A stretch of DNA of 64,000 bases from Mayamaea pseudoterrestris (lineage: Eukaryota), in the NCBI GenBank assembly GCA_027923505.1, contig BROI01000003.1, forward strand, positions 1,054,001 to 1,118,000, in the 5' to 3' direction. Position 1 is the stretch's first letter. Each line of letters starts with the position of its first letter. Under the pieces are notes generated by a model that saw only the letters and a list, made by a program, of their open reading frames with translations, did not search any database and was not told the DNA's origin. This document shows, one piece after another, positions 1 through 11,499 of the stretch. A program made the translations under genes and the position numbers.

Positions 1-1
1 G

Positions 2-3000
2 CCAATCAGCGATGAGCACGAGGCCATCATTCGCGAAACACGTGTCCGGGTGTCGGTGCCAACAGTCACGCTGGTGTCATCGCTAGTGCCTCTGATTGGT
101 CCGTTGAACATGCCGCCACGAGTGCAGCAACCAATCAGAGAGCTTGGAGCAATGTATGGGATCGGAGCACTTGACCATGAAGACAGTGAGTTTGCTCTGA
201 CGGTTCAACCAACGAGAGCTAGTGGAACAACTCGGTTTCTCCTTGACTCGGGTGCAACCAAGCATGTCACGTCGACAGCAGCTGGAATGGTGGACCTGCG
301 CCCTTGCAATCGGCGCTTGTCGTTAGCAGATGGATCAACGTGTCGCGTTTTGCAACGTGGATACTTGCCGCTCGTCACCAAGAATGGATTGCGCATCACT
401 TTGGTCAACACCTATGTGATCGCATCGTCTGCAATGAATATAATCAGTTTACCATTGCTTCTGGACATTGGCGCGCAGATTCTTCGCTGGGATACTGATC
501 GAGTTATCATTCAATTGGACGAAGACGACTCGCAGTCATTACTGGAATTCATCCGCGAAGAAGACTCAGTTCTCTATTACTTAGAGGCGCATCGCCGACA
601 GCTCGCAAAAGGCACGATCGCAGCAACTGGCGATGATGGCGAGGATGGCGACGATGCGAGCGAGGAGGGCGATGACGGCGACGACGCAGATGCAGGTGGC
701 CGTCACAACTCTGGCGACCGACCAGCCAAGCGAGTAGAGATTAACTTGGCACATCAGCTCTTTGACCATCCGGGACGCGTCAAGTTGCAGCAATACGCAC
801 GACAGTACAATCTACGCCTCATTGGAGTATTGGAGCAGTGCTCGGCATGCGAGAAGGCGAAGGCGACGGCAAAACGTACGACGAAACTGTCAAATGTGGT
901 CGCTAACGACCCCGGTGAACGACTTTTTGTCGACTCGAGTGGACCATATACGGAAACCAGTGGCGGGAATCGCTATTGGCTTGCCATTGTGGATCAGAAA
1001 ACCAATCGAGTCTGGTCGTACTTCACTCGAGCGAAGTCACGCCTGAGCGCTTTCGTCATTAAGCATCTCATTCGATATGAAGGCAGCGGCTTCCCTTGCA
1101 AGTTCATTCGCATGGACAATGCTGCGGAATGGGAAGAGCTCAAAGAGTTTGCTTTGGCGAATGGCATTGTTGTCGAGTTTACGGCGCCGCATACGCCAAT
1201 GTGGAACGGCGTCGTTGAGCGAGCGTTTCCTCATCTTCGCGATCGCGCTTACGCAAGCATGCTCGCAAGTCAATTCCAAAAGGATGAATATAAGAAGGTT
1301 CCAGTCTGGCAACGCCATATACCGGCTCAAGCCAGTCGCAAGTGCATCGAGATGACGCCGTTAGAGTTGCCGGAAAAGCTTTGGGCGCACGGCGTCCACG
1401 ATGCAACGTTAATGAGCAATCTGCTTGGACGGAATGGCTTTGCAAATGCCTTTAGACCCTTCAACGAGCAACCGCCAGTCCGCTTTGCAGACTTTGTACC
1501 GTGGGGTTGCCGTGGCTACATGAAGAAGCCGCAAAAGCAGAAGCATTTTCGGCCGAAATCAGAAATTGTTTATCGTGTGGGATACGCCGATCATCACTCG
1601 AGCGATACCTACTTGGTATATAAGGTTTCGACGGAAAGGATTGTTGCTACTCGCAACGTGCGATTCAGCTCTAAGTACTTTAAGTTGACAAATCCGCCGC
1701 CGAATCACAGCATCTCCAGTGCCTCGAGCGAAGACTCTGATGCTGATGATGAGGATGACGACAGTCCATATGTCCGTCGCCTCGATGACGATGATGATGA
1801 CGACGACGACGATGATTACAGCAGTGGCAGCAATTCATCATCTTTATCTTCCAAGAGCTTGGATCACGATTCGTATGAGATCAGAGGCAATGATGAATAT
1901 AGCACCGATGTCGAGCTAGGAGGGATGGACGCTGTCAATAAAGACATTGAGCATCGTCGATCTCGCGCTGGCAGGGAGGGACGCCCTCGCAAGGAGGGAA
2001 CGAAACAACGTCGTACACGCCTACAACGCGAGCTCAGGAAGCTCGACACGTTCTATAATCCAGTCCTGCCCGTCAACGAGATTGTAATTGATCACAGCTC
2101 AGATGCAGAGTCGGTTCTTCCTTATCGACGGGTGGATTCCGACGAGAGCAGTGAGGATTCACGTTGGGGACCTGCGCCGCCTCCTAGAGACACTGCTATT
2201 GATGGTGGAGACTCTGATGATGATGAGATTGACAGCAAGCACGCTGCCGAATCACTGAGTTCTTTCGACACGCTGACCAAAAGGAAGGATGCATCACTTG
2301 ATGACGATGATGAATCATCGACAGCAAGCAACGCTCGTCTATCATCATCTAACAGCTTCAATCGAGATGCATTAATGAAGCTGCAGCAAGTGCAAGAGGC
2401 CAAGCGAGTCGAGCAGGAAGCTCAGGAAGCAGCGTACGAGGAAGCATATAACAACTACGTTCAGAACGGCGAAAAGGAGCTCGCCGCGGCAGTTGAGGCA
2501 GTTAAACGGAACGAACCATGGGTGAATCCTCTTCGGCGGCCTGCGCCACCAATCAACGCCAAGGATGCTTATACGCAGCGCAATGACAGTTCCTTATGGA
2601 AGGAAGCCACATTCACTGAGTATGACAAGTTCTTTAAGCGGAACGCATGGACGGTGGTTGACAAGCGCAATAGTGGACGCTTGCTTCGAACAAAGAACGT
2701 TTTCACTTGGAAGGAAAATGCTTTAACGAAGGTGACAGAAGCACGAGCGAGGAACGTTGTTCTTGGATTCCTAATGCGAGAAGGCATCTACTATACGGAA
2801 GCATTTTCGCCGACGCCAACAGATCACACGATACGGATGCATCTTGGACTGTCGCTTTACATATTCTCCAACCTTGTTCGAAAGCTTGGAGAGAAGGAAG
2901 CGCTGGAGACGTGGCGTCCGTCTAGTGTGTTTGATGTGGATGCAGCGTTCTTAGAGACGCCGACGGAGCGACCAATGTTTATACACGCCCCGCCGCTATT

Positions 3001-4366
3001 TGACGAGTACTGCAAGCGTCGAGGCATCAAGTTTGATGGCAATTCGCAGTGCTTGAAGCTTTCAATGGCGCAGTACGGACAAGTGGACGCGTCAGCACTT
3101 TGGTTAAAGCACTTTGCAAAGATACTTGAGGGATTTGGAATGACACGATTGAAGTCAGATCCGTGTGTGTTCATAAAGCGAGCAACGAACAATGAGCTTA
3201 TCCTGTTGCTTACAGTGTTCATTGACGACGTGCTTGTGAGCGGATTCCCCTTGGAGATCGAGCGCCTCAAAGAACACGTCAAGACGAAGGTTAATATCAA
3301 GGATCTTGGACCAATATCGAAGCATCTTGGCGTATTATATAAGATGCGGAGCGACGAGCATGGATACTACTATGAGTGCTCGATGGATAAGTACAAAGAG
3401 GAGATGCTTGCTGAGTACAAGAAGCATACGGGAAAGAAAGAGCTCAGATCCTTCAAAACGCCAGCAGTAGGCGGATCGGTGATCATCAAGAATCCTGACG
3501 AAAAGATTGATGAAGAAGGATACCGCCGCTTTAGAGGCAAGCTCATGTTTGGAGCGCGAAAAGTCTGGCCCGATATTTGTAATGCAGAAAGAGAAGGCTG
3601 CAGCGTACTTGCTTGCCCCAGTCAAGAAGCATGGAAGGCTCTAGACCGGGAGATGGGATACTTGGAGCAGCTCAAGTTACCGCTAAAGCTTCGCACGCCG
3701 CTTTCATTGCAGTCCATTGGTAATCCAGATTCATCCTGGGCAAGCGATCCTCAAGACCGCAGGTCTGTAACAGGAAGCATCACCACAATTGGAGGATCTT
3801 GCCTTACTCAATGGACGAGTCGCAAGCAAAAGAGTATTGCAACCTCGAGTACAGAGGCAGAGCACTATGGCTACTGCGACAACGCAAAGGACCTAGTGTT
3901 TCAGCATGGATTGATTACAGAAGTGCTAGGATTCGAGGCGCCATTGCCAATGATACTATATGGCGACAACCAAGGCGCCAACTTCCTGGCAAACAACAAC
4001 AATGTGAGCCAGCGGACCAAGCACATTGATATCCGTTATAGATTCCTGGTGGATTTGATCGAGCAAGGGAGACTCGAGATTCGCTACATCAAGACCGATG
4101 AGAATCCAGCTGATATCTTTAGCAAGAATTGCAGGGAGGAGCTACACACGAAGCACGCAGAGGCGATTTATAATGGATTCGTCGGGACGCCGCTTCAGGA
4201 GGGTGTTAAGGTTCCGGAGCAACCTACTAAAGAAGAAGCGCCGCCAGACGGTGTAGGTGCAAAGGATCCTCATGGTCGAGGAGACAAGGATGGGTGGGTG
4301 CCAGTCAGTCGGAAGAATGTCCGAGGCAGACACACAAAGAAGGCCAAAAGGAGTCGTAAGGGATAG
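2..4366 (+). CDS. Copia polyprotein (protease, integrase, RT, RNase H), 5'-partial
   Basis: Frame is open from base 2. Protease LLDSGAT; integrase HQLFDH..CSAC, VDSSGP, IRMDNAAE, NGVVERAF; RT DVDAAFL, YGQVDAS, VFIDD; RNase H DSSWA, STEAE, GDNQGA, KHIDIRY, NPADIFSK. Confidence 0.95.
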   Translation, partial: PISDEHEAIIRETRVRVSVPTVTLVSSLVPLIGPLNMPPRVQQPIRELGAMYGIGALDHEDSEFALTVQPTRASGTTRFLLDSGATKHVTSTAAGMVDLRPCNRRLSLADGSTCRVLQRGYLPLVTKNGLRITLVNTYVIASSAMNIISLPLLLDIGAQILRWDTDRVIIQLDEDDSQSLLEFIREEDSVLYYLEAHRRQLAKGTIAATGDDGEDGDDASEEGDDGDDADAGGRHNSGDRPAKRVEINLAHQLFDHPGRVKLQQYARQYNLRLIGVLEQCSACEKAKATAKRTTKLSNVVANDPGERLFVDSSGPYTETSGGNRYWLAIVDQKTNRVWSYFTRAKSRLSAFVIKHLIRYEGSGFPCKFIRMDNAAEWEELKEFALANGIVVEFTAPHTPMWNGVVERAFPHLRDRAYASMLASQFQKDEYKKVPVWQRHIPAQASRKCIEMTPLELPEKLWAHGVHDATLMSNLLGRNGFANAFRPFNEQPPVRFADFVPWGCRGYMKKPQKQKHFRPKSEIVYRVGYADHHSSDTYLVYKVSTERIVATRNVRFSSKYFKLTNPPPNHSISSASSEDSDADDEDDDSPYVRRLDDDDDDDDDDDYSSGSNSSSLSSKSLDHDSYEIRGNDEYSTDVELGGMDAVNKDIEHRRSRAGREGRPRKEGTKQRRTRLQRELRKLDTFYNPVLPVNEIVIDHSSDAESVLPYRRVDSDESSEDSRWGPAPPPRDTAIDGGDSDDDEIDSKHAAESLSSFDTLTKRKDASLDDDDESSTASNARLSSSNSFNRDALMKLQQVQEAKRVEQEAQEAAYEEAYNNYVQNGEKELAAAVEAVKRNEPWVNPLRRPAPPINAKDAYTQRNDSSLWKEATFTEYDKFFKRNAWTVVDKRNSGRLLRTKNVFTWKENALTKVTEARARNVVLGFLMREGIYYTEAFSPTPTDHTIRMHLGLSLYIFSNLVRKLGEKEALETWRPSSVFDVDAAFLETPTERPMFIHAPPLFDEYCKRRGIKFDGNSQCLKLSMAQYGQVDASALWLKHFAKILEGFGMTRLKSDPCVFIKRATNNELILLLTVFIDDVLVSGFPLEIERLKEHVKTKVNIKDLGPISKHLGVLYKMRSDEHGYYYECSMDKYKEEMLAEYKKHTGKKELRSFKTPAVGGSVIIKNPDEKIDEEGYRRFRGKLMFGARKVWPDICNAEREGCSVLACPSQEAWKALDREMGYLEQLKLPLKLRTPLSLQSIGNPDSSWASDPQDRRSVTGSITTIGGSCLTQWTSRKQKSIATSSTEAEHYGYCDNAKDLVFQHGLITEVLGFEAPLPMILYGDNQGANFLANNNNVSQRTKHIDIRYRFLVDLIEQGRLEIRYIKTDENPADIFSKNCREELHTKHAEAIYNGFVGTPLQEGVKVPEQPTKEEAPPDGVGAKDPHGRGDKDGWVPVSRKNVRGRHTKKAKRSRKG

Positions 4367-4539
4367 AGCAGTTTCAACTGCACTAAGAGGGAAGGAATGG
4401 ATTCAATCAATACGATTGATTGATGCGTTTCAAGTGGAGAGCTTTGGTCGCTCATCACAAGTTGTTGGTGTGTTGATCGTTAGAAAGACGATTGGAAACA
4501 GAGGTAGCGGATAACAGATTGTTAGCTTCCTTTACAACA
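4204..4539 (+). repeat. Putative 3' LTR of the Copia element (336 bp), preceded by PPT AGGAGGG at 4197-4203
   Basis: Starts TGTT immediately after the purine tract and ends AACA; the partner LTR is outside the window, so the right end is inferred. Confidence 0.7.
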
Positions 4540-4991
4540 AATTTGCAGTCTATAGCTTTAGGAGAATCACAAGTACTTAACATGAATGTCGTGTCAGTGT
4601 CACTTCACTCTCAAGCCCAGTCACTCGGATCATTGCAATAGTATGAAGCGGATGATTGTATGCGTAAACCAGAATAAAGTAGTAAGGTTACAGCCATGTT
4701 GCGCATGCCAGTCTGTTGGCTCTTTGTTGCTAGAAACGGAAACGAAGGGTAGTGGACAACGGTGAGATTACCGGTACGATATGATGTCACTTTAGAGCGT
4801 TCGATAGACAGTTTCAGAAGCATAGACGTCATCTACATCGCACGCCAAAGAGCAGTACGGCGCGGCGCGCCACCATGAGGATGTGTCTTGGACGATCACT
4901 TGGCGATGTTTGCATGCGGCGGCGGCGCAAGGAACGGAAATATGACTATGTCAAAACAATCTACAGCAGCTGGTGACTAGTAACTAGCAGC

Positions 4992-6859
4992 ATGACGCGA
5001 CGTGACCAGTTGAGCCGTTTCATCTTGCTCTTGCTCTTGCTGCTGCTGCTGTCGCGCACGTCTTGCACTTCTCGCGTATGGCCGGCCTGTCAAGTGGAAG
5101 ATTATATGAATGACAATGATGATTGTAACGGCACGATTTACTTTGCCGCCAATGCCAGTTGCGCGTTTACCTATGGCAACACGAGCCAGCAGCCGTCGGT
5201 GCAGAAAATGTTGGAGCACGCTCGACGGCGATTCGTCGCGGCGCTCGCCAACAAGAGACGACGCGTAAACAAAGCAGCAGCAACAGCAGCCGTGAATGAA
5301 ACATCTTTTACAATGAGCCTTCACTGCTCGGTAAAGCCCGTCATGACGATTCAAGTCAACATTACCACCAGCGACGACTGTTTGCAGTACGGAGTCGACG
5401 AGTCGTATGAATTGTTTGTTGGCAAAAACGGTTCAATAGATGCAATGCAGAGGAGGCAGCAATCAGCCAGCATTATCATTACGGCACCCACCGTCTACGG
5501 AGCCATGCATGCGCTGCAGACGCTGCTGCAACTGCTGGAATACATTTACGATATTGACAGTGGCGAAGTCTTGGTAGTTCCAATTACATACATTCGCGAC
5601 GCTCCACTCTATTCACATCGCGGCTTGCTCATTGATTCGAGCCGCCACTACCTGCCCGTGTCACTCATTCTCGAAAATTTAAATGCCATGAGCATGACCA
5701 AGCTCAATGTGTTGCACTGGCACTTGACGGACTCGGAGTCGTGGCCGTGGGCGAGTGAGCAATATGTGGAGTTGGCGCGACAGGGAGCCTACTGCGAAAC
5801 GTGCGTCTACACTGCGTCGAACATTCACACCGTCGTAAGCGAGGCGGCGATGCGAGGTATACGCGTCGTGGTGGAGGTGGACTTGCCGGGGCATTGTCAA
5901 TGTGAGTGAATAACAAGGAAGGTGGTGATGCAGGATGAAGTGATGTGCAGTTTATTCTTGCTCACTGATTCCCTTCTGCTTCGTTCTGCAAAACAACCAC
6001 TCTTGTCGCTGAGATAGCCATTGGAGCGTCGCATCCGGAGCTATTGACCGAGTGCGGAGTCTCGGGCAGCCGCCGCTCGGAACCACTGGATGTTTCGGAA
6101 CCACTCGTCTACCACTTTGTCGAAGCAATCTACAGTGAAGTGAATGCATTAGTTGACGACCACATGATTCACATTGGCGGCGACGAGGTTTCGTTGGATT
6201 GCTGGAACGCGTCGAGCAAGGTGCAACAGTACATGAGAGCGCACAACGTTTCCAACGAGGCGCAACTGTGGATTGACTTTGAACTCTATTTACTCAATTA
6301 TACCATTAAACAGCTCGGCAAGCGACCCATTGTGTGGCAAGACATGCTGGACGTTGCAACGACAATTGACACTGACACGGCTGACCTGCTGCCACCGGAA
6401 ACAATCATTGACGTTTGGAAAAGTTGGTTGCCCGACTCGCGGAGCCGCGCCACGCGTCAACATGACACCATTTACTCGGCATGCTGGTACTTGGACCACT
6501 TGGATCAGGACTGGCGCTCGTTCTACGACTGCGATCCGCGAAACTTTAACGGCACCATCGAGCAACTGCAAAGGATCATTGGCGGCCACGCCAGCATGTG
6601 GGGCGAGCGCGTGGACGAGCGTAACTTTTATCAACGCGTGTGGCCGCGCGCGGCAGTTGCGGCGGAAAAACTGTGGAAAGGTGAATCAGCGGCGGCCAAG
6701 GCGACGGCGTACGAGCGGTTGGATTGGTTTCGGTGTCTTTTGTTGGAGCAAGGATTCTCCGCCAGTCCCATTGGACCAGGGTCGTGCGAGGCAAAGAGGT
6801 TGCAGCGATGGCAATCGTTACGTGGCGATGAATCGACAAGCACGAGTATCAAACGATAA
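4992..6859 (+). CDS. Beta-hexosaminidase (GH20), secreted; 2 exons, intron 5902-6017
   Basis: Hydrophobic N-terminus; HRGLLIDSSRHY, NVLHWHLTDSESWP, EVDLPGH, catalytic HIGGDEV, WYLDH, GGHASMWGE, WPRAA; the GTGAGT...TAG intron joins the two ORFs in frame. Confidence 0.93.
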
Positions 6860-6958
6860 TCAAGTCATGGAATCTTTTGTGGATACTATATTATTCGTCT
6901 GTAATAATCATTTGTATAAAGTGTATAATATTTGTCACCATGATGTAGCTTCAAGTCG

Positions 6959-8602
6959 CTACAAGTCATGAAATCGTGTGGTTTGACGCTGCTTTCGGGT
7001 GGAGCGCATCAAGCGTTGAAAATGTCGCACGGGCATGACTCTTGCCGCTGCAGGTGCTTTACGTTTTTGTAAACGTTTCCGCCAAGGACGCTGGCACAAG
7101 CATGGGTTCTCGCGCAAGTGAAGGAACAAGCAGTCCAAGCTGTCGGACGTTTGCGAGAGGACGTTGACGCCCATGCGCTTGTTTCCGGGATCAGTCGCCA
7201 TGTAGTGCCTGCCGCACCTATTGAGTCGAGTCAGAGCTTCCAGTAATCGCGTGTCAAGTCTCATTGCCAAGGTTCCTTCCAGTGGCGATGGTATGCGCCA
7301 TGCCCTGAGCATAATATTGTGGATTGTGTAGGTGGTTGCGACAACGTTGCATAGCAAGGGAAAGGTGAATGGAACAATGTATGTGTCTGTATTTGTACAA
7401 GTAATATTCATGGCCTGCTCGCCCATGGTAACTTCAACGGCATCTAGAGTGGAGCTGGCACGAACGCACTCGGCAAGTGCTTCGTCCAAGCGTGGCAGCA
7501 AACAGGAGCAGTCGCACACTTTGAGCGCCTTGAGGGATGGACAACGCCCGGCGCCCTTGAAAAATGTTGTGGCTGCTTCATCCGATGCTAAAAACACTCG
7601 CTTACTGCGCTTGCTTCGAAACGACAGGCTCACTTCCAAAGAATTGAGTTGCGTCATGCGTTGCAGTTGCGAGCCAAGCATTACTGTAAATTGATTCGCT
7701 TCCTCCGCGTCCGTGACGATTAGCTGCGTGAATACAAGTCGGTTCAACTGCGACTTTGACAAGGCTTGCACAATCTCTACAGCATTCGTAAACTGACAGG
7801 CACAAAGCTCCAAGCTTGATATAGTCGTGTTGGCAATTGCATGGCAGATTGCATTGTGAGTGTCGACGGAGGCAAAATCCAAGTGCATCAACGTTACATG
7901 CTGCAATCCAGCGCTGGAATGCAGCAAATCCGCAATCACCTTGACATGAGACGGTAACGTTGCCTGCAGTTTGCCGTCGCTATTTCGGCAACTCAACGAA
8001 AGCTTGGTCAGTGACTTGAGCTTACACAACTCCGGAAGAATGACTGAGTAAAGACGAGTCTCGCCAAGGATTTCCAAGCGCGACAAATGATCCAGTGTCG
8101 CAATTGAAGCCATGCAATTAGCTGCCGACTTCTCCGTCGTTTCCGACGTGACATTAATGGACAATTTCTGCAAATGCGGCAAGCGCTGCAACGCGTGAAT
8201 GCCATTTCCGCAACGCGTGCCGAGCGAAACAGACCCCTGCGTCAAGCTTGGAATCCATCCAAGGGCGTCCATCAAGCGAAAAAACCGCTGCAGCAGACGC
8301 GATGCGCTCCTTCGAACAATCGTCGCGTCGTGCATGTTTCGTAACGCATCCTGATCAAGCTTGATCCCAGTCAAGCGCATCTGCTGCAGCGCACTGCACA
8401 TATCGTCAAGTTTCTCCGACTTGGTTGCACCAAGATGCTCCAGGAAACTGGAATCAATAATCAACTGCAGCGCTGACTTGTTTCGCTTGGAAAAATCTCT
8501 TGCTTGCGCCGCGTTTAGACTGGAGATGAAAGCGTTGAAGGATTTTGAAGGAGGCCATGAAATATTGCGATCGAATCGACGTGATGATGATGATGCCGAC
8601 AT
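6959..8602 (-). CDS. RNI-like leucine-rich repeat protein of an expanded diatom-type family
   Basis: Repeated LxxLxL units; C-terminal LNRCGRHY...LDCLFLHLRENP.LC, a tail I recognise from diatom LRR families. Confidence 0.7.
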   Translation of the reverse strand: MSASSSSRRFDRNISWPPSKSFNAFISSLNAAQARDFSKRNKSALQLIIDSSFLEHLGATKSEKLDDMCSALQQMRLTGIKLDQDALRNMHDATIVRRSASRLLQRFFRLMDALGWIPSLTQGSVSLGTRCGNGIHALQRLPHLQKLSINVTSETTEKSAANCMASIATLDHLSRLEILGETRLYSVILPELCKLKSLTKLSLSCRNSDGKLQATLPSHVKVIADLLHSSAGLQHVTLMHLDFASVDTHNAICHAIANTTISSLELCACQFTNAVEIVQALSKSQLNRLVFTQLIVTDAEEANQFTVMLGSQLQRMTQLNSLEVSLSFRSKRSKRVFLASDEAATTFFKGAGRCPSLKALKVCDCSCLLPRLDEALAECVRASSTLDAVEVTMGEQAMNITCTNTDTYIVPFTFPLLCNVVATTYTIHNIMLRAWRIPSPLEGTLAMRLDTRLLEALTRLNRCGRHYMATDPGNKRMGVNVLSQTSDSLDCLFLHLRENPCLCQRPWRKRLQKRKAPAAARVMPVRHFQRLMRSTRKQRQTTRFHDL

Positions 8603-8938
8603 GATTCTCCAAGTGCATTTAGCATCGAGTAGAATGTGAATTGATTCGTCTGCGCCTGTAGACTAGGTTTCACCTAATACTAGAGTAAGGCGAAAGAAAG
8701 ACGCAAAAATGAGAGGTGAAGGAGTGCTCGGCCTGCCATGGTGATGGCGAATTTTGGCGCTGCGTTTTCGACTCGATGTCGCATCGTTGTCGGTGCGACT
8801 TGCGCACAACATCGTGGAAACGCGGAGCAACGCGCTCGCCGATCGAAACGCTTCGCATACTGCGCATCGTCGAGGCCAGCAAAGGACGTATAGCTCTAAT
8901 ATAAACGAAGCCTCTCTTTCAGTTTAGAATACAACAAT

Positions 8939-10573
8939 ATGCGTCCTCTTCTCGTCTTGTTCTTTGCTTGGCGTCTGCATATCGCGTGCAATCTCATCCC
9001 AGTGGTCCATGGTTTCCTGTTGCAGCAGCTGCAGCCAATCGACTGCGCTGCAGCTCGCCGCAGCAAGGCATCCACGACAGCCTTGTGCGAAACGGATGGC
9101 CCAGTAACGATCTTTTACCAAATGTATGATGGAGCTGAGTTTCCTCGTGAAATTCATTTCGAAAACGGAGCAGCGTATGACAAGTTTTTATGCGACAAGT
9201 GTGCCTATTGCGTGACCCCAGGAGATGACAGGTTTACTCGGATTTATGCCTATTGCGCACTCGAAAATATGACGACATATACAGTCAGAACTAACGCAGA
9301 GTTAATTGCGCTGAAGGAGAGCAAGAAACATATTTTCAAGCATTATTCCAAACTCTTCGTCAAGATTACCGGCAAAAAGCTTACTCATTACCGGCAGCAA
9401 TTCTGGGCAATGAAAAAGCGGACCTATGAATTGTGCTTTCCTTACCGCAAATCATCTGATCCAAGATTCATTTCACGCTGGCTGTGGGCTCAAAAAAAGC
9501 TGAATAGAACCTTACCGCTGCCAACCCTCGCTGCAGTTGCAGCTCGACACAACAAGGCAACACTGGGTCCAAAGACAATATTTTATCATAAGCACGACGA
9601 AGATTCCATTTTCAAGATGCAATTTGACAATGGTGCCGCGTTTGAATCATTTCTACGCTGCCACTGTGCCTATTACATGCTCGATGAAAAGGGAAATCAC
9701 GTTTTTTCCTATTCCACACTCAAACATATGGAGACCTATAAAGTCAGAACAAACGCAAAGATGTTGTATGAGCGCTACAAAAAATGCCCCAAAGTTGCTA
9801 GTCGTTTTTGGCGGCAATGTTGCTCATTGGTAAAGAGGATCTTCACAAAACGGTTTAATTATAAAAGGCTACCAAGACCATCTTCCGTTCAACCCTGGCT
9901 AATCCTCGACGAAACACTCAAGACAAATGGTTGCCAGAATGAATACCTTTGGACGCCGATGGAGACAATATATTGTGAAATGTTCCGTAATGATCCCTTT
10001 AGGGGCACATCAGTGGCGCCCATGGCATTAGTTGGTGGTAAAAACACTGGAAAGTCAAAAACATTAAAAGACATTGCACAAATGGTGAATCAAAATCAGA
10101 CAAGAGAGATTGGTGTCTTTTACGTGTCCTTTGGCAATGACCTTGAGATGAGTGACGGGCAAGATTTACTGGAAGCATTCTGCCAACGTCTTGTATTTTG
10201 CGCCACTGCACATTGGGAGCGCATACCTACTTTTGAGAGTTACCATGAGGCCTTTTCCAAGTTTCACAAGAAGAATCACAATATTATTCCATGGAAGATA
10301 GATAAGTGGCTTGACGGCAGCCACCGTATTTTACTGATTGACGACATTGATGGCATACAAAAGCAGCTTGATGCCAACCACACGCAAGCGTACAAGTTTG
10401 GCAAATTTTTGAAAGACAACTTTGTCATGAATTATGGCCAGTACCTTGTGTTCTCGTGTCAAACAGACAGTGCCAAGGAGGCTTTTGCCAACATTCTTGA
10501 CACTACCAGTGTACAGAGCAGCCGCACGGTGCATGTGCAGTCATTGGTGCAACAGAAAAAGACATGGGATTAG
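8939..10573 (+). CDS. Crinkler-like protein (paralog A): signal peptide, two tandem header repeats, P-loop NTPase; C-terminally truncated
   Basis: Repeats TIFY...NGAA..FL...Y..L..M.TY.VRTNA x2; Walker A GGKNTGKS; Walker B ILLIDDID; colinear with paralog B until VHVQSL, then stops. Confidence 0.7.
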   Translation: MRPLLVLFFAWRLHIACNLIPVVHGFLLQQLQPIDCAAARRSKASTTALCETDGPVTIFYQMYDGAEFPREIHFENGAAYDKFLCDKCAYCVTPGDDRFTRIYAYCALENMTTYTVRTNAELIALKESKKHIFKHYSKLFVKITGKKLTHYRQQFWAMKKRTYELCFPYRKSSDPRFISRWLWAQKKLNRTLPLPTLAAVAARHNKATLGPKTIFYHKHDEDSIFKMQFDNGAAFESFLRCHCAYYMLDEKGNHVFSYSTLKHMETYKVRTNAKMLYERYKKCPKVASRFWRQCCSLVKRIFTKRFNYKRLPRPSSVQPWLILDETLKTNGCQNEYLWTPMETIYCEMFRNDPFRGTSVAPMALVGGKNTGKSKTLKDIAQMVNQNQTREIGVFYVSFGNDLEMSDGQDLLEAFCQRLVFCATAHWERIPTFESYHEAFSKFHKKNHNIIPWKIDKWLDGSHRILLIDDIDGIQKQLDANHTQAYKFGKFLKDNFVMNYGQYLVFSCQTDSAKEAFANILDTTSVQSSRTVHVQSLVQQKKTWD

Positions 10574-11499
10574 TGAGTGTATGCCACAGCCCACAGATAG
10601 TGGAGAGGCATAACCTGTTTGTTGCCTTTGATTCTGGACAACAACTTGCCTATATGTTAAGCACAATGCATAAGTATACTGCTTCTAAAATGAGTATAAC
10701 AGATAATATTAAGTTATAATATTGAATTCTTATATACTGCAAACACATCATAAAATACTCACATAACGGAAGGGGGTCCTAAGCAAGTAGGAGAGGGCAC
10801 TGTACTTGGCTTCAAGAGTGGATTTGTCAGCAATCTCCAACGTCTCAGAAATTGGTGGGTATACACAAAATACTCCATTTGGAGGAAGCTGGGCATATGG
10901 CCTGAGAGCCAGCATGCAATCCAATGATGGAAGTGCAACGACAATTCAGCATAGGGGAACTCATGCCTCGCGTTTGACGCGCTCAATGGAACTCCAGGCT
11001 TAAATCCTTGTGGGATCCTTCCTGGCATCCATGCAGTGAGCGCCCTTCTTCACCACTCTCTAGTGGCTTCGTTCCCCTCTTGAAGATCATCTGAAACGCC
11101 CAACTTTGTCCTTGACATCTTTGATTTGAAGAATCAATCCTATGGCTGCCCTGGTGGCCCGGCCAGTGAGGACCATCGACAATCTGTGGCTGCCACTGCT
11201 GATGCAATGACGTGAAGAAGTGAGAACGTCTGTCTCCCTGAACGGTCTGAATGAAAAGAATTGGGTCAGAGCCTTCTTCAATATAAAGACTAAGCTCCGC
11301 TAGCCTGCCCCCTCGGTCTCTGCCAATCCCTTCTTTTTGCCATTTTGCCTACATTTTTGTGATGCTCATGCAGTCTTGGCAGCAGAAGACTCATGTGCAT
11401 CCTTTGTCTTTTTTTATATCATCATTGTCATCACTGACTGTGCTAGTGCTGCCTTCATCATCCAAATTCTTAATCCAAACAACAACCGACAAGTCTTTA

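Larger units (their letters stand above)
1..4539 (+). mobile_element. Ty1/Copia LTR retrotransposon, 3' portion (5' end lies before the window)
   Basis: Uninterrupted pol ORF with Copia domain order PR-IN-RT-RH, followed by a polypurine tract and a TGTT...AACA-bounded LTR-like segment. Confidence 0.93.
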
